Part shown: piece after piece, positions 22,868 through 32,714 of the stretch
How positions within the stretch are numbered: position 1 is the first letter of the stretch
Layout: each line of letters starts with the position of its first letter
NCBI GenBank assembly: GCA_963848295.1
Contig: CAWKDB010000010.1
Location: forward strand, 2,208,001 to 2,272,000
Reading direction: 5' to 3'
DNA: 64,000 nucleotides
From: an uncultured delta proteobacterium
GTDB taxonomy: Bacteria > Myxococcota_A > Polyangia > Haliangiales > Haliangiaceae
The notes under the pieces: model-generated
Database searches by the model: none
What the model was told of the DNA's origin: nothing
The model's input: only the letters and a program-made list of their open reading frames with translations
Translations under genes and position numbers: made by a program

Positions 22868-24094
22868 ATGAAGCGCCTCCACTACGCCGTGATCCTCGCC
22901 GCCGCTGCGTGCAACAACTCGCACGAGGCGCACCCAGACTCGTCGATCGCGATCGACGCCGCACCGGACGCGTACACGCCGGGCCCGAACATCGTCGACT
23001 TCGCGGTTCAAGGCTCGCCGACCGTGTTCCAGTACCGCGACGGCAACGGCCCATGGCTGACCCCCACCGCCGACTCGTCGGGCATGTACGAGCTGCACAT
23101 CACGGATGCCTACCTCGCGATGGCGGTGTGCACGTCGACCGGCCTCGCCGGTGACTTCGACGCCGAAGAATTCGCGGCCACGTACTCCGACGGACCGATG
23201 CAGTCGATCTACTGCGGCGACGGTCCGACGAATGTCGCCCAGACCACGTACGCGGTGACCGGTACGATGAGCCAAGCCGGCTCGATCTCGATGGTGGACT
23301 CCGCGAGCTCGACCACCGCGGACTGGACGTTCAGCCTCGACGTGCCGACCGGGACCTATGACCTGATCGCGCTCGACACGACCCACATCGAGCTCGACCG
23401 CGGCATCTCGATCAGCGCCGACAAGGCGCTCGGCACAGTCGACGTCGATGCCGCCGGCACCGCGCTGGTCTCGAAGACCCTCACGCTCACCGGCGCGGGC
23501 GCGGACGACAGCTACTTCACCGACCTGTTCCTCGTCACCGATCGCGGCGCTGGGTTTTCGACGTTGTCCGGTGGTAACAGCGCGACCGTCATGACCGTGC
23601 CATCCGACTTGCTTCAGACCGGCGAGGACTTCCTGTCGTTGTTCGCCGAAGACTACGCGAGCGACGGCAGCTATCGCAGCGTCGACGAGAGCTGGGACGA
23701 CACCACGGTCACGTTCGCGCTGCCGGCGAAGCTGAGCGGCGCCGCGGTGGTGGTGACCGGCGGCGTTGCGGTCGCGAGCTGGACGGCGCTGCCCGCTAGC
23801 GCGAGCGACGTCATGCTGGGGATGTACGGCGCGACCCAGGCGTCGCAGACGCAGACGATCAATGCGACTCCGAGCTGGCTCACCGCGACCCACGCGACGA
23901 CGCTGAAGTTCGACACCACGGCGCCGATGTTCTCGAGCGAATGGATGGTCGATGGGACGACCGGTTATTACGACTTCGGCGTGTCCAACAGCGACGGGAC
24001 CGGGGCCGGCATCGACGGGGGCGGACTCGCGGTGGCGCAGCGCCATCGCGTCCGGCGCGGCCACCAGGTCGCACGCATGCGCGCGCTCAAGTAA
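22868..24094 (+). CDS. hypothetical lipoprotein (beta-rich)
   Basis: MKRLHYAVILAAAAC lipobox; IDAAPDA linker. Confidence 0.75.
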   Translation: MKRLHYAVILAAAACNNSHEAHPDSSIAIDAAPDAYTPGPNIVDFAVQGSPTVFQYRDGNGPWLTPTADSSGMYELHITDAYLAMAVCTSTGLAGDFDAEEFAATYSDGPMQSIYCGDGPTNVAQTTYAVTGTMSQAGSISMVDSASSTTADWTFSLDVPTGTYDLIALDTTHIELDRGISISADKALGTVDVDAAGTALVSKTLTLTGAGADDSYFTDLFLVTDRGAGFSTLSGGNSATVMTVPSDLLQTGEDFLSLFAEDYASDGSYRSVDESWDDTTVTFALPAKLSGAAVVVTGGVAVASWTALPASASDVMLGMYGATQASQTQTINATPSWLTATHATTLKFDTTAPMFSSEWMVDGTTGYYDFGVSNSDGTGAGIDGGGLAVAQRHRVRRGHQVARMRALK

Positions 24095-24413
24095 GCGGCG
24101 CGAGCCGCAGGATCTTGCCGAACACGTCGCCGGTCGCGGGATCGATCGCGGGATCGACGAACAGGCGAGTCACCGCGCTGTTGCGCAAGCCGTCGAGGAG
24201 CGCGTCGGAGATCAACGCGCCGACGTCGAGGCCGACCGCGAACAGGGTCTCGTCGTTGCCCATCTCCTTGGCGAACGACTCCGCCGCGGGACCGGTCGAG
24301 AACAGAAAGCCATACGGCCGGCGGCACCACATGTCGTTGCCGTTCGACGTCAAGTACCAGATCCGCGGCGGCAGAAACTCCACCAGCTTCTCGAGCGTGA
24401 CGTCCTCGGACAT
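24087..24413 (-). CDS. hypothetical protein
   Basis: 108-aa ORF with typical codon usage. Confidence 0.7.
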   Translation of the reverse strand: MSEDVTLEKLVEFLPPRIWYLTSNGNDMWCRRPYGFLFSTGPAAESFAKEMGNDETLFAVGLDVGALISDALLDGLRNSAVTRLFVDPAIDPATGDVFGKILRLAPLT

Positions 24414-24442
24414 GGCCGGACCATGCCACAGTAGCGCCCGCC

Positions 24443-25351
24443 ATGGCTCGTCCTAACGGGTTGCCTCCGAACGCTCGGCGCGGGTATGCCCCGACGGGCT
24501 ACACGATCTGGGTCGTCGGTGACGATCGCGCGGTGCTGCGCGACGCGTACCACACCTACCTCCAACTGCCGTGGTGGGCGTCGCTGCTGTCGATCTGCGC
24601 CGCGATCTTCACGATCGATCTGGTGTTCGCGGTGATCTACTTCTTCATCGGCGGGCTCCACGGCGTACGCGACGGCTCGTTCTTCGACGCGCTGTCGTTC
24701 AGCGTGCAAACGCTGCACACGATCGGCTACGGCGTGATGAGCCCGTCGTCGGGCGCGGCGAACGTCGTGATGATGGTCGAGTCGATGACCGGCGTGATCG
24801 TGATCGCGTTGGCGACCGGCCTCGTGTTCGCGAAGTTCTCGCGCGCCACGGCCCGCGTCGCGTTCTCGCAGCACGCGGTGATCACGAGCTACAACGGCGA
24901 GCCGCACTTCATGTTCAGGCTCGGCAATCGCAGGACGAACGTGATCGTCCAGGCGCAGCTGAGCGCGACCGCGTCGTTCACCGAGACCACGACCGAGGGC
25001 CAGACGTTCTACCGGGCGTACGATTTGAAGCTGGTCCGCGACCGGATGTCGGGCATGCGCCGCGGTTGGACCGCGATGCACGCGATCGACGACACCAGCC
25101 CGTTCAAGGGGCTCGACGCGGCGGGCCTCGCCAAAGCCGAGGTCGAGATCGAGGTCTCGGTCGTCGGCCTCGACAGCGTCACGGTGGAGACGGTGCACTC
25201 GAGCCACGTGTACGACGACAAGCAGATCATCTTCGGGCAGCGGTTCGCCGACACGCTGTCGCCGCTCGACAACGGCGACATGTTGATCGACCTGACCCAA
25301 TTCGACACGACCGTCCCCGACGGTCAGCCCGTGGTAGCTTCTCGACCATGA
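24443..25351 (+). CDS. KirBac-type inward-rectifier potassium channel
   Basis: FSVQTLHTIGYG filter, GLVFAKFSR, FSQHAVI, MFRLGNRR, HAIDDTSP, FGQRFAD. Confidence 0.93.
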   Translation: MARPNGLPPNARRGYAPTGYTIWVVGDDRAVLRDAYHTYLQLPWWASLLSICAAIFTIDLVFAVIYFFIGGLHGVRDGSFFDALSFSVQTLHTIGYGVMSPSSGAANVVMMVESMTGVIVIALATGLVFAKFSRATARVAFSQHAVITSYNGEPHFMFRLGNRRTNVIVQAQLSATASFTETTTEGQTFYRAYDLKLVRDRMSGMRRGWTAMHAIDDTSPFKGLDAAGLAKAEVEIEVSVVGLDSVTVETVHSSHVYDDKQIIFGQRFADTLSPLDNGDMLIDLTQFDTTVPDGQPVVASRP

Positions 25352-25830
25352 AAGCTGTGGTGTGGTTCGCGCTCGTGGTTTCGGCGTGCGGTCCCGGGAT
25401 CAAAGGCGGGCCGACGATCAACCAGCCCCCCGTGAGCGAGCTCCAGCCGGTGAGCTCCCCGGTGGTGTCGGCAGACATCCTGGCGCGCGACGTGATCGCG
25501 AACGAGGTCGGGGTCAAGCACATCCTGATCGGCTGGAAAGACTTGCAAGACGGTCATGTCGACGAGCGCGCGAGCAAGCGAACGAAGGCCGATGCCGAGG
25601 CGCTCGTCAAGCAGGTCCTCGCGCAGCTCAAGGCCGGCGCCGACTTCGACGCGATGATGAAGCAATACTCCGAAGATCCGGGCAGCGCGATGAGCGGGCG
25701 CGTCTACCAGGTGTCGCCGCAGGCCGAGCTCGTCTCGGAGTTCAAGCAACTCGGGATGAGGCTCCGGCCGAACGAGATCGGCGTGGTCGAGTCGGACTAC
25801 GGCTTTCACATCATCAAGCGGGTCGAATAA
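25348..25830 (+). CDS. parvulin-type peptidyl-prolyl isomerase lipoprotein
   Basis: Lipobox VSAC; KHILI, YSEDPGS, ESDYGFHIIKR. Confidence 0.9.
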   Translation: MKAVVWFALVVSACGPGIKGGPTINQPPVSELQPVSSPVVSADILARDVIANEVGVKHILIGWKDLQDGHVDERASKRTKADAEALVKQVLAQLKAGADFDAMMKQYSEDPGSAMSGRVYQVSPQAELVSEFKQLGMRLRPNEIGVVESDYGFHIIKRVE

Positions 25831-25841
25831 CCTGGCGCGGT

Positions 25842-27308
25842 CTAGACCGAGGGTGCTTCGACGATCTGCCCCGCACGCACGATCGAGCGGCGCAACCGGC
25901 GCAACCGGACGTGATCGATCGAAACAATGACGCACGTCACGACGATGCCGAGCACGAACCCGGCAAACGCGACTTGAGTGAGATGAACCGCGGCCAGGAC
26001 CAGAGCGCCCCACGAGATGAAGTCACGGCGCACCGCGTACGGCGCGTAGGTCGCGAGCCAAGCGAGCCAGCGCGGGAGCTCGCGCTTCGGTGCGATCGCC
26101 TTCGGCGCGGCCGGCTGCAAGCGCACGCTGTTCGGTCGCTCGCCCGCCACGACCTCGAACCGGCCGATGTAGTCCTGGCTGTTCGCCGAGCCGACCGCGA
26201 CGATGATGTTGTAGTAGATGCAGTACAGCGAGATCGTGAACAGCACCGAGGTCGCCGCGATCGCGAGCTTCCACGGATCGACCGGCAGCGCGCCGAAGTA
26301 GCCGGCGCCGTACCTCAGGTGACAATGCCAGCCGATCGCGGCCATGTAGCCGACGGTCGACAGCTCGTCGACGATCGTGTCGATCCACGCGCCGAACCGC
26401 GACGACAGCAGCTTGACGCGCGCGACCTCGCCGTCGCAGCAGTCCAGGTACGACGCGGCGAGCACGATCGCGGTGCCGAGGGTCGCGGAGTTATCGCTCG
26501 CACCTGCGGACAACCAGCAGCCGATCGCGACGAGCACCGCGACGAGGTACGAGATCTGATTCGGGGTGATCGCCGTCCACACGAGCAGCCGGGTCAGCGG
26601 AAACGATACAGGTCGATACAGGTAGCGCGTGATCGCGTTGTCCTGCGGCTTGACCAGGATGCGATAGAGCAAGCGATGCGCTGCGCGGCGCTCGTCGGCG
26701 GTCGCGATCGGAGCTCGCGCGATCGCGCCGTGCGGTACGCGGGTCGGCGCGGCGAGCGTCGCGACATACGCGCTGTCGCTCGTGCCGGTTCCGAGCGCGG
26801 CGATCACGCCGGCGACATCGCCGCCGGTCGCGAGCAAGGCGCCGGCGTAGCCGCCGTCGGGATCGACCGCGATCGCGGTGGTGGCGCGCTCCACGAGCGG
26901 CTGGACGAGCGGCGTGTGCACGAGTTGATCGGCACGAATCACGAGCAACGCAGATCCCGCGTCGTGCCAGCTCGCGAGCTCGGCGCGCTCGCGATCGCTA
27001 TCGATCACGAGTACGCGCCGCGCACCGACGCGGCGAGCGACGCGCACGGCTCGCTCGCGCGCACTGAGTCCCGCGATCCGCACCTGCGCGAGCGGATCGG
27101 TGGCGAGCACCACGGCGTCGAGGACGGACAAGTCGGGCGAACGCCCGGCGCGTAGCACCGCCGAAGGCGGAGCGGAGGTAGGAGACAACGCGAATGCTTC
27201 TACCAGACCAACGGCGCTCCTGCGCAAGACCAGCGAGCCAGCGGTCGGTGGAATTTCATGGACCTCAGGTGACAGGAATTCGTCGGATCGGCGGCGCTCC
27301 CGTGCCAT
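25842..27308 (-). CDS. CDP-alcohol phosphatidyltransferase with degenerate N-terminal nucleotidyltransferase-like domain (true start possibly near 27130)
   Basis: ITPNQIS and LDCCDGEVAR...SRFGAWIDTIVD CDP-OH transferase motif. Confidence 0.88.
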   Translation of the reverse strand: MARERRRSDEFLSPEVHEIPPTAGSLVLRRSAVGLVEAFALSPTSAPPSAVLRAGRSPDLSVLDAVVLATDPLAQVRIAGLSARERAVRVARRVGARRVLVIDSDRERAELASWHDAGSALLVIRADQLVHTPLVQPLVERATTAIAVDPDGGYAGALLATGGDVAGVIAALGTGTSDSAYVATLAAPTRVPHGAIARAPIATADERRAAHRLLYRILVKPQDNAITRYLYRPVSFPLTRLLVWTAITPNQISYLVAVLVAIGCWLSAGASDNSATLGTAIVLAASYLDCCDGEVARVKLLSSRFGAWIDTIVDELSTVGYMAAIGWHCHLRYGAGYFGALPVDPWKLAIAATSVLFTISLYCIYYNIIVAVGSANSQDYIGRFEVVAGERPNSVRLQPAAPKAIAPKRELPRWLAWLATYAPYAVRRDFISWGALVLAAVHLTQVAFAGFVLGIVVTCVIVSIDHVRLRRLRRSIVRAGQIVEAPSV

Positions 27309-27358
27309 ATGCGGTGAAAAGTAAACAGGTAAGAGTGGTAAGTGTCTGAAATCCCCAC

Positions 27359-27374
27359 TCGCACATGATTTGCA
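27359..27374 (+). promoter_or_regulatory. possible variant sigma54 promoter (CG in place of GG) with an IHF-like site at 27339-27351
   Basis: TCGCACATGATTTGCA; the opposite strand upstream reads TTTCAGACACTTA, similar to WATCARNNNNTTR. Confidence 0.35.
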
Positions 27375-27391
27375 TCACGCGTGAAGCTCCC

Positions 27392-28159
27392 ATGAAGGCT
27401 GTCATCCTCGCTGCGGGTTGTGCGACCCGGCTCCGCCCCCACTCCGACGATACGCCGAAGACGCTGCTGCCGGTCGGCGGGGTGCCGATCCTGCGCAGGA
27501 CGATCACGAGCCTGCTGCGCTGCGGGTTCGATCAGTTCGTGATCGGCACCGGCTATCTCGAGCACATGGTCCGCGACGCGGTCGACTCGTGGTTCCCCGG
27601 CCTCGACGTCACGTTCGTGACCAACAAAGACTTTCGCACGACGAACAACGCGTTCTCGCTGTTGCTGTGCCGCCCGCACGTCGAGAACGACGGGTTCATC
27701 CTGCTCGACGGCGACGTCGTGTTCGATATCGATGTCGTCGCCGAGCTCGTCGAGCGCGGCCCCGACTGCCTCGCCGTGCGATCGGTCGGCGAGATCGGCC
27801 TCGAAGAGGTCAAGGTCACCGCCGACAAGCAAGATCGCCTGCTCGCGATCGGCAAGCACGTGCCGGTGCGCTCCGCGATGGGCGAGTCGGTCGGCATCGA
27901 GCTGTTCTCGGCCGCGTCGAGCAAGCGCTTGTTCAAGGTGCTGCACGAGCGCGTCCGCGTCCAGGGCCTGGTCAACGAGTACTACGAAGCGGCGTTCCAG
28001 CAGGCGCTCGACGAGGGCGCGACCCTGTACGGCGTCGACATCGGCTCGATGTACGCGACCGAGATCGACACGATCGAGGACCTGTTCGCGGCCAACGCGC
28101 GGCTCGCGGCCCGTCCGATGTTCGACACCCGGGTCGATGCGATCCGGCTCGCTGTCTGA
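27392..28159 (+). CDS. NTP transferase (phosphocholine/inositol-1-P cytidylyltransferase family)
   Basis: AVILAAG.ATRL.P...PKTLL, TTNNAFSL, LLDGDV, EEVKV, GESVGI, EYYE, EIDT.EDL. Confidence 0.9.
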   Translation: MKAVILAAGCATRLRPHSDDTPKTLLPVGGVPILRRTITSLLRCGFDQFVIGTGYLEHMVRDAVDSWFPGLDVTFVTNKDFRTTNNAFSLLLCRPHVENDGFILLDGDVVFDIDVVAELVERGPDCLAVRSVGEIGLEEVKVTADKQDRLLAIGKHVPVRSAMGESVGIELFSAASSKRLFKVLHERVRVQGLVNEYYEAAFQQALDEGATLYGVDIGSMYATEIDTIEDLFAANARLAARPMFDTRVDAIRLAV

Positions 28160-28260
28160 CACGGGCTATCCGATCTGAGGCGTGTCAGTAGCCTGTTTCC
28201 GCGCGCGAACGTGCGAAGGATCCGGTTTCCCACCGACGGCGTTTGGGGCAGAGTCGGGTC

Positions 28261-28995
28261 ATGGGGATGTTACGTCCGTTCGTCGGCGCGCTCGTCGTAA
28301 CGCTCGCGCTCGCCGGCTGCGCGGTCGCCGAGAAATCGGGACTCGGCGGCCGGCCCGACGGCGGCATCCACTTAGTCGACACCGGCGGTGGTGGTGGTGG
28401 CGGCGACGGCAACACGTCGATCGACGCGCCCGCCGCGCCCGGCGAGAAGACGCTCGATCAGGCGATGAGCGACACCGACGAGCAAGTCGGCATCGCGTGT
28501 GGCCCGACGAACGGCGATCAATACACGCTGCGCAACAGCTACTACCGCGTGTTCTCGCTGCCGAGCTACAACATCTCGGGCGCGTTCCACGTCACGAAGG
28601 TCGACTTCGTCGTCAGCGCCGTGACCGCCGGGACGCCGCTATCGGTCAAGGTCGGCACGTACAGCGGAGCGACTGACGGCGACACGCTCGCGACCGGCAG
28701 CATCTCGGTCATCGACACCACGCCGATCACGCCGGGCGACGGCGACACGAGCGAAGAGGCCGCGTTCGCGACCGACATCCCGGCCGGGAGCAACCTGATC
28801 GTCGAGATCGATCAGACGACGAAGGGCAGCAACAGCAACGGGTACCTGTTCTATATCGGCGCGAGCACCGAGGGCGAGACCGACCCCGGCTACATCAGCT
28901 CGCCGGACTGCTCCGGCGCGGGCACGCCGACGAGCATGACGGAAGAGGCCGGCGGCGAAGCCGACGAGATCATCACGGTCACCGGCACGACTTAG
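28261..28995 (+). CDS. hypothetical lipoprotein (paralog A)
   Basis: Lipobox LAGC, Gly linker; similar to the next gene. Confidence 0.75.
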   Translation: MGMLRPFVGALVVTLALAGCAVAEKSGLGGRPDGGIHLVDTGGGGGGGDGNTSIDAPAAPGEKTLDQAMSDTDEQVGIACGPTNGDQYTLRNSYYRVFSLPSYNISGAFHVTKVDFVVSAVTAGTPLSVKVGTYSGATDGDTLATGSISVIDTTPITPGDGDTSEEAAFATDIPAGSNLIVEIDQTTKGSNSNGYLFYIGASTEGETDPGYISSPDCSGAGTPTSMTEEAGGEADEIITVTGTT

Positions 28996-29077
28996 CTCAC
29001 TTATCGACGTGACGCACGCCGCCGTCGCGGCCGTTCGGGGTTGTACCCGTCGCCGCGCTGGGGCTACCATTTTAGCT

Positions 29078-29815
29078 ATGAGGTGGGCAGTGCTGTGCGC
29101 CGGCGTTGGCCTGGTCGGGGGCTGTGCGCAGGCTTCGATCGGCAACGCGCCTGCCGATACGAACAACAACCACGGCGGCAGCGACGCGAGGACCTTGTTC
29201 GATACCCCGCCGCCTCCGATCGATGCGCGGCCGCCGATCGACGCCGTGAGGGTCATCGACATGGTCGAGTCGGTCAACGCGACGATGACCTACGGGATCT
29301 CGCTGACGTGCTCCGACACCAGCACCGGCAACACGCGCGACAACATCTGGTACCGCGTGTACCGGCCGTCGGACTTCTCCGTGACCGACGCGTTCGACGT
29401 CACCGGCGTGACGTTCTCGGTCCAGGAGTCGACCGGCACACCGACCGCGACGATCAAGGTCGGTACCTACACCGGCACGATCGACGCGACGACGCTCAAC
29501 GCCGCACTGATCTCGCCGCTCGCGACGGCGACCGCGCCGGTGCCGCCGACCTCGGGCGAGACCGGCGAGAACGTGATCGTGCCGATCACCGCGACGATCC
29601 CGGCCGGCGCGATGTTCGTCGTTCAAGTCTCGCTGCCCGACCAAGACTCGACCGGCTACATGTACATCGGCGCGACGAACGCGGGCGAGCATCACCCCGG
29701 CTACTTGTCGTCGACCGCGTGCAGCATCACGACGCCGACGTCCACCGCGATGATCGCCGAAGAGAACATGATCACCGCGGGCGAGATCATCATCGACGTC
29801 GAAGGCCAGTACTGA
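29078..29815 (+). CDS. hypothetical lipoprotein (paralog B)
   Basis: Lipobox VGGC; shares YRV, KVGTY.G, IPAG, YIGA and PGY.SS..C with paralog A. Confidence 0.75.
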   Translation: MRWAVLCAGVGLVGGCAQASIGNAPADTNNNHGGSDARTLFDTPPPPIDARPPIDAVRVIDMVESVNATMTYGISLTCSDTSTGNTRDNIWYRVYRPSDFSVTDAFDVTGVTFSVQESTGTPTATIKVGTYTGTIDATTLNAALISPLATATAPVPPTSGETGENVIVPITATIPAGAMFVVQVSLPDQDSTGYMYIGATNAGEHHPGYLSSTACSITTPTSTAMIAEENMITAGEIIIDVEGQY

Positions 29816-30425
29816 CGCCGACGCGGGCGTAGCTGGTCTCGCGGTCCGCCGCGATCGCGTCGAGCCGCCCGGCGAGCTCGGCGAGCGAAGGCGCGACCCG
29901 CGCGTGGTTCGCGGCGGCGATGCGATCGGCGACCGCTGGCTTCTGCGGCTCGCCGCCTCCGACGAGGAGCTGCGCTTGTTGCGCTCGATCGGCGACCAAC
30001 TGCGGCGCGCGCACGGCGTCGAGCACCGCGAACGGCACGAGCTGGAGCAGCGGATCGGGCGCACGGCGCAGGAACGGCACGAGGCGAGCCGGAGTTGCGT
30101 GGTCGAGCACGCCGGCGGGATGAAACTCGGCGACGCCCGCCGCGGGGAGCCGGGCCGCGACGCGATCGCGGAGCGCACGCAGCTCGGCCGGTGCGACGTC
30201 GAGCTCGGGTGCGATCACCATCGCGACCCGGGTTTGCGGCGTCGCGAGCAAGGTCTGCGCCGCGCCGACCCACGCGTCGTCGGTCGGCGTCCCCCACACG
30301 ACCTCGACCGCGAGCTCGCCGCCGACCCGCGCCGACCGCGCCCACGGGCACAGCTCGTAGCTCTCGACGATCTCGACGAGGTAGCGCTCGAAGACGCGCA
30401 GGACTTCGCCGCGCCGGGGATCCAC
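29790..30425 (-). CDS. DUF1415-like protein
   Basis: EIVESYELCPWA, AEFHP, RRAPDPLLQL and IAAAN resemble DUF1415. Confidence 0.6.
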   Translation of the reverse strand: MDPRRGEVLRVFERYLVEIVESYELCPWARSARVGGELAVEVVWGTPTDDAWVGAAQTLLATPQTRVAMVIAPELDVAPAELRALRDRVAARLPAAGVAEFHPAGVLDHATPARLVPFLRRAPDPLLQLVPFAVLDAVRAPQLVADRAQQAQLLVGGGEPQKPAVADRIAAANHARVAPSLAELAGRLDAIAADRETSYARVGVSTGLRRR

Positions 30426-30461
30426 GCAACCATCCTACGCGCGCCGTGTCATCTTGAGCAG

Positions 30462-31508
30462 GTGCAGCTCGTCGCATTGACTGCGATCGCGATCGCCGGC
30501 TCGGCGCGGATCGCCACGGCATCGTGCGACGGCGCGGTGCGAGCAGCAGGCGCGCACGAGCTGACCCGCGCGTCGGTCGAGCTGACGAGCTGCGACGACT
30601 CGAAGGTGACCTCGAAGATCGAGGAGGCGCTGCGCGCGAGCGAGCTGTCCGAGCTGTCGATCGTATCGCCGACCGCGGACGCGACGATCGAGATCGAAGA
30701 GCTGCCAGGCGTGACGCTGCCGGCGTCGGCGACGGTCTGGCTGCGCGCCGGCACGTATCACCTGCGCTCGGGCGACGTCCGGATCATCGTCACGACGCGC
30801 GCGCGGGCCCGCTCGGTGCAGATCATGCCGGGCCCGCCGAAGCCGCCGGCGCCACCCCAGGCCGGCCACCAAGACTTCACCGAGGACAACGCCGGCGACA
30901 CCAACTCCGGGCCGCCGCCCGACATCAAGCATCCGTCGCTGTTGCCGAACAAGTATCTCGGCATCCCCGATGCGCCGAGTGGCGAAGAGCTCGCCGATCC
31001 GATGGCGGTCGCGGTCCGGCCGCGCGGCTCGCACCCGCCGTGGCAACTCAGCGCCGGCTTGCGCGTCGCCGGCGGCATGTTCCAGCAGACCGGCGCCGAC
31101 GCGCGCGCCGGCGTCGAGATCGGCGTCGTGGTGCGCGATCGCCTCGACCCGAAGGTGCTCGCGAGCAACCTCTTGCTCGAGCTGCGCGGCGACTGGAGTC
31201 AACGCGGCGGCACCACCGCGCAAGCCGACGCGCTCGGCCTCACCTTCGGACCCGCGGTCACGCTCGGTACCGCCGGATCGATCGACTTCCGCGTCGGCCT
31301 CGGTGCGCGCGGCGACATCCGACTCGAAGACTCCATCGCCGGAATGGCGGTCAACCGCTTCGGCCTCGACGGCGTCGCGTGGCTCGACATCGAGCCCGAA
31401 AACTCGCCGCTGATCTTCGGCCTGCGCTTCGAGCAAGGCATCACGACCCTCACCGGCAACGACCGCGACCGCGCGGTGCTCGCGCAGGTCGGCGTCAATA
31501 CCCATTAG
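30462..31508 (+). CDS. exported protein with C-terminal beta-barrel-like region
   Basis: Coding-like part of ORF 29904-31508: signal peptide, Pro-rich linker, amphipathic strands. Start is approximate. Confidence 0.6.
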   Translation: MQLVALTAIAIAGSARIATASCDGAVRAAGAHELTRASVELTSCDDSKVTSKIEEALRASELSELSIVSPTADATIEIEELPGVTLPASATVWLRAGTYHLRSGDVRIIVTTRARARSVQIMPGPPKPPAPPQAGHQDFTEDNAGDTNSGPPPDIKHPSLLPNKYLGIPDAPSGEELADPMAVAVRPRGSHPPWQLSAGLRVAGGMFQQTGADARAGVEIGVVVRDRLDPKVLASNLLLELRGDWSQRGGTTAQADALGLTFGPAVTLGTAGSIDFRVGLGARGDIRLEDSIAGMAVNRFGLDGVAWLDIEPENSPLIFGLRFEQGITTLTGNDRDRAVLAQVGVNTH

Positions 31509-31801
31509 GGTGACGCTGTCTCTATTGTCAACTTGCGGTCCGCTTGCGCCGCTTCAACATCGCGTGATCGCTGCGGTCGTCCGGGGACGGTGTCTCTTCT
31601 GTCAACTTGCCGCTCGCCGCGGGCCCACCGCGACGGTGTCGCTTTACCAGAGCTCGCGGTCGGCGTCGGCAGGTCATCAAGCGCGGTGCCCGCGGACAGG
31701 CAAGTTGACAGAAGAGACACCGTCACCAATCTTCTCTAGGAATGTCCCGAGCTTCCGCGGGTGCAGCGAACGCGCAAGGTGACAATAGAGACAGCGTCAC
31801 C
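31509..31801. repeat. nested 29-bp inverted repeats (A-B-B'-A'), REP/MITE-like
   Basis: A 31509-31537, B 31583-31611, B' 31699-31727, A' 31773-31801; each pair has one mismatch; consensus GGTGACGSTGTCTCTWYTGTCAACTTGC. Confidence 0.85.
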
Positions 31802-32702
31802 AAATCTGGAGGTCGCCATTCCAGGTGGCGACGCGGTCGTCGCTCGTGACTTTCGGCCATGCGAAGGTCGTGACGAGGTCGCTCGGCGTCGTCGGGGTGC
31901 CGGCGCCGAGCCCGGCGGCGCCAGCGAGGAGGCCGCACAGCTCGTCGCCGCGATAGCGCTCGCGCAGCGCGGGAAACGGGATCGAGCCGTGGAGCTTCGC
32001 GAGCTTGTCGCGACTGGGCTCGAGCAGTAGGAAGTGATGGCGATAGCGCGGCGTCGGCAGGCCGAGCAGGCGCTGCAACATGATCTGGGTCGCGGTCGAG
32101 GGCGCGATGTCGCGGCCGCGCACGATGTCGGTGACGCCGGCCGCCGCGTCATCGACGACGACCGCGAGCTGATACGCGATCGCACCGTCGCGCCGTCGCA
32201 CGATCGGATCGCCCATCTCGACCGCAGGCGTCTGCGAGAGGTCGAGCCCGCCATCGTCGACGAGCTCGATCCGATCGTCGTCGAGCCGAGCCCGCAACGA
32301 CTCGCTCGATTCGCGCCAACCGCGCGCGGGCAGCGATCGATCGCGGCACGTGTTGGCGTAGGCCCAGCCACCGTCGGGCGCGCGCGTTCGGCCCGCCCTG
32401 CTCGCGCGACTGCAGGCGCACGGATAGAGCCGGCCCGCCGCCGCCAGCCGATCGAGCGCCGCCTCGTGCGCCGCCGCCGAGTCGCTCTGGACGATCACCG
32501 CGTCCCAGGCCAGCCCGAGCCAGGTCAACGCGCTTTGCATGTCGCCGGCCCACGCCGCCTGGGTCCGCGTGGCATCGAGATCCTCGAGCCGCAGCAGCAC
32601 GCGTCCACCCCGCGCGCGCGCATCGAGCCACGCGAGCAGTCCCGATAGCAGCGTCCCCGGGTGCGCTTGCCCGGTGGTCGACGGAGCGAACCGCCCGATC
32701 AC
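31797..32702 (-). CDS. gluQ: glutamyl-Q tRNA(Asp) synthetase / GluRS catalytic-domain paralog
   Basis: [44 protein letters not shown]; no anticodon-binding domain. Confidence 0.88.
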   Translation of the reverse strand: MIGRFAPSTTGQAHPGTLLSGLLAWLDARARGGRVLLRLEDLDATRTQAAWAGDMQSALTWLGLAWDAVIVQSDSAAAHEAALDRLAAAGRLYPCACSRASRAGRTRAPDGGWAYANTCRDRSLPARGWRESSESLRARLDDDRIELVDDGGLDLSQTPAVEMGDPIVRRRDGAIAYQLAVVVDDAAAGVTDIVRGRDIAPSTATQIMLQRLLGLPTPRYRHHFLLLEPSRDKLAKLHGSIPFPALRERYRGDELCGLLAGAAGLGAGTPTTPSDLVTTFAWPKVTSDDRVATWNGDLQIW

Positions 32703-32714
32703 GCGTGAACTATG

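Noticed and set aside
31509..31801. CRISPR array interpretation of the 29-bp repeats
   Set aside because: Repeats switch orientation, the middle spacer is 87 nt, there are only four full copies, and no cas genes or leader are present.
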